A stretch of DNA of 64,000 bases from Phyllobates terribilis (taxonomy: Eukaryota): the NCBI RefSeq assembly GCF_046119375.1, contig NW_027362777.1, positions 1,116,001-1,180,000 on the forward strand, read 5' to 3'. The notes beneath the pieces were generated by a model. That model was not told where the DNA came from. It searched no databases and saw nothing but the letters and a program-made list of their open reading frames with translations. This document shows, one piece after another, positions 60,504 to 64,000 of this stretch (position 1 is its first letter; the number at the start of each line of letters is the position of its first letter). The position numbers were made by a program, and so were the translations under genes.

Positions 60504-63500
60504 ATGATGGACAAGATGGTGGAGAGGATATTACACCTCACCCTAGAGATCCTTTTCCGGCTTACTGGAGAGGTGAGAGATTCTGATGACGTCACATTAC
60601 ATCATTCTTATCTATGGGAATAACAGATGGACAGAACTGGAGAGGTGAGGACTCTGGAAATGTCTGTAGTGAGATTTATTAATGTGTCTCTCCATAACCA
60701 GAGATTAATCACGAGGCCTCCACCTCACCCCCTGATACATGAGGACATCAATGACCAGAAGATCCTAGAACTCGCCTACAAGATGATTGAGCTGCTGACT
60801 GGAGAGGTGACACTGCTGGGAATGCTGGGAAATTATACAGTAATGATATGAAGGGATTGGCGGGATGACGGTATCATTGTATGTGTCAGGTTCCTATAAG
60901 GTGTCAGGATGTCGCTGTCTATTTCTCCATGGAGGAGTGGTAGTATTTAGAAGGACACAAAGATCTGTACAAGGACGTCATGATGGAGGTTCCCCAGCCC
61001 CTCACATCACCAGGTAATAGACAGGACTAAATGCACACGTCCTATAATAATCTGTATGTAAAGAATGAATTCAGTCCCTGTATGTGTTTCCTCCAGATCT
61101 ATCCAGTAAGAGGACAACACCAGAGAGATGTCCCCGTCCTCTTCTTCCACAGGACTGTAAAGAAGAAGATCCCAATGTTCCTCAGGATCATCAGGTAGAT
61201 GGAGAGAAGGTGTCATGAGATTTCCCCTATGATGTGTGGACGGCTGTAAAGGTCATGTCTTCAGTTCTGTTTTATCCACCATTATTATGTTTTATACTTG
61301 TGTAATGAGAACGGTGGAGATGACAGGATTAGAGCTGATCATAGATGGGACTTCTCCATCTGTCTGTGACTTTTACAATATTTGTTTCAGGGTGAAGATC
61401 TGACCCATATTAATACTACAGAGACATATGTGAGGGGTGATGAGCGGTGTAAAGAGGAGATTCCTACATATGACCACCCAGGTGAGTAGTAACCACTAAA
61501 TGCAGAGAAGTCACAGATTCTTCTCAGTCCCCATCTGTGGCTGCTTTATCGGTTGTGTAGTCCGGCCATATCACAATCGTGTGATCACCATTTTGCCGCT
61601 AGACCACAACATTCTCCTCCGTCTGAAAATATTCAAATTTCTTTGTGTAATTGTGAAAGCCCTTTTCTATAGACCTTACAACCTGGAGGATCCACCAACC
61701 CCCTGGGATTAGGAGATGCTGACCGTTACCTGCTCAGATCTGCAAACTATAAAGACAAATGATCGCGTATGTAGAATGTGCTGACAAGTTAGAAAATCAC
61801 TTGAAGAAAAATATTATGATGGGCCTGTAAGAGAAAGCGGAGGGTAATGATGCTGTTGGCTTCCTAGATCCCTGATATCTTATTGGATGAATCTACCTTC
61901 TCTCCCTTCTGTGCTGCTGAATGTGCCCATATGGTCCCTACAAGACCAGGTCCAGTCTTTCTGACCAAAGATCACTTTTATTATCGACATTAAATGTGCG
62001 GTGAGGGCCAAGTGTGAATTTCTGTACAATAACAGCAGAGTTTCCCTTTATCCTGACTTTTCAATTTCTTTTAAAACCAACTAACTTCAAACAGGATTGT
62101 GATAAACTATACAGAAAACATTACACCTGTGCCATGATATATCTCTAAGCTGTGCGTGGCTGATGGCTGTAATATACATTTATTCACGCCTGCAGGAGAT
62201 GTGTTGGCATGGCTCGAGCCCTGGTTTCATGGATTCACTCCACGTCATAAATTCCATTATGTTTTCAATCCTAAGGAATTCAGATCACTGCACAATCTCT
62301 CCTGAAATGGGGGCACTAATACTTTCTCTACTCTTCTGGTCAGGACTCATAGTTGCTCCAATGGTCCACCATAAATGAGTGCAAGTCCAGTTTAGTGTTG
62401 GATTTCTCCCTTCATACATACGTTGTTGTTGGGGATGTTACATGTTTTTATATTCTTTCTTTTTTTTACAAGTTCATTCTGTATGATAGTTTCATTGTGG
62501 TTGGATCAGCCGGCCTCACTTATGTGACTCTATAACTCCCTGGTCGTCTTTCAAAAAGATCTCCATTATCTCTTCCAAATGCCCGAGATCTAAATTTAAG
62601 ACGCCTCATCTCTGCAGTATTATATAAAAGTTCACTTTAAATGTCTAATATTTCTTCTTGACACTCATCTGACAGAAAATATTGTCCCTTACGATAGTTT
62701 AGATTGTAGTTACTCATTTTTCCCTGATGAAGACTGTTCAGTTTGATCATTTCAGTAGATGTTTTATTGTCTGTAGTCACAGTTTTTGACTTCAGTAATC
62801 CTCTGATTTAACCTCTTCCTGCAGCCAGTATTATGTTTCTAATCAGACCCATTTTTCAAATCTGACATGTGTCACTTTATGTGGTGATAACTTTGGAATT
62901 CTTCACAAAGGATAATAGAAAACAAATGGACCTTACAAATTATTTTCCAACTTCTCTTGAATCTGACAATCCCCTATATACGGTTGTACACTACTATCTG
63001 GGCACATGGCAGGTTAAGAAGGGAAGAAGCGCCATTAAGCTATTAGGAATGCAGATTTTGCTGGAATAGTTTGCAGACACAATGTATTGGGGGAGCTGGT
63101 CTTGGTCACCTGGAAGCTCAAAAGATTGTTACCACGAACAGGCTTGTCACTATCTACCTTTTTTACAGATTTCACAAATTACTTTGCTCATCGCCGTTTA
63201 ACCCCTCTACATGGATCTGGACTTACACAGAGACCCCTAGGCTTGGGCCACGGTGTTACCTGCTGTTCTGTGGAGTGAGATGGGAAGAAGAACAGTCAGG
63301 TAGCGGGGTCAGAGCCAGGAGAGCAGAGAAAGTACAAAATCAGAAGACATAAGAGTAGTCAGTAAACGGGCCGGGGCCACAACAGGAAACAAATACACAA
63401 GCCGGGAGCTGAGCACAGATGACTGAACCAGAGGAGAACAAGGCTGGATCTGGCAGCTTCCGGCAATATGCTTCCAGCTTTAGTAGGGTGCGGTGCTCTC

Positions 63501-64000
63501 CAAATGGCTGAAGCAGGGAGCAGATTACTCCAGCTGGACAGCACGCACACCCATACTGCCAGACAGGATGGTACTACAGGTCCCAGGCTCCCTAATCTTA
63601 GTGGCTGGACAGAGCCTGCGCCTTTTACTCCATATTTGGGAGGCAGAATGAACAAACAGTTGAACACCACTCTCCACTGGTTCATCCTATGAGATTTTCT
63701 ATTAGATGGTCATTGTCCTGGTGAATAAGTGAATTGTTTAATATAACTTGCCTTTTTTACAGTCAGTTTAAGTAGAAATGTTCAAATATATAAAATTCAA
63801 GGATTTTTTATTAAAAAATAATAATTGGTTTTCTTCTTGGCAGATGTCCGTACCAGGAGATCAGAGGGACAGCTGACACCTTCAATTTTCAAATCAGATA
63901 ATTTTGAGATCTCACAGGATACAATTGAAATGAATGACATTACTCCAGATATACCATCATCCCTTCACAGCAGACCTCAATCATCTGATCCTATGAAACA
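60504..64000 (+). pseudogene. FAX/KRAB-like ZNF copy C, probable pseudogene; finger exon runs off the window
   Basis: Exons 60504-60572, 60702-60806 (75 nt shorter than in A/B), 60890-61013 (TAG at 60941-60943), 61097-61194, 61391-61481 and 63844 to the right edge (DVRTRRSEGQLTPSIFKS...). Confidence 0.85.

Overview
Eukaryotic, repeat-dense vertebrate DNA, most likely an anuran (frog) C2H2 zinc-finger gene cluster; the taxon is inferred from the protein family and the repeat repertoire. The host component is three paralogous genes of the amphibian FAX/KRAB-like zinc-finger type (XlCGF/XlCOF-like). Copy A is on the minus strand (coding exons 6417-7480; finger exon lies beyond the left edge). 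Copy B is on the minus strand and complete (33929-45177, about 632 aa, 11 canonical fingers). Copy C is on the plus strand (60504 to the right edge) and carries an in-frame stop in its KRAB-like exon. Each copy has a shared putative first-exon/promoter module upstream. B and C are head-to-head, and their modules plus 30-bp CpG-rich minisatellites form the arms of a ~5.3-kb inverted repeat. The rest is mostly nested mobile DNA: a decayed gamma/epsilon-type endogenous retrovirus (pro-pol-env-3'LTR, 1-5944) inside an intron of copy A; a gag-only LTR element with VNTR-bearing LTRs and a 5-bp TSD (9978-15783); a SCAN-bearing Gmr1-like Gypsy fragment; a chromoviral Gypsy remnant; solo LTRs; Penelope-like elements (one with a degenerate minimal hammerhead motif); L2 and CR1 LINEs; eight Tc1 copies (one nearly intact); and hAT/piggyBac-like MITEs. 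No tRNA, rRNA or CRISPR features were found. All coordinates were read by eye and no database searches were run.
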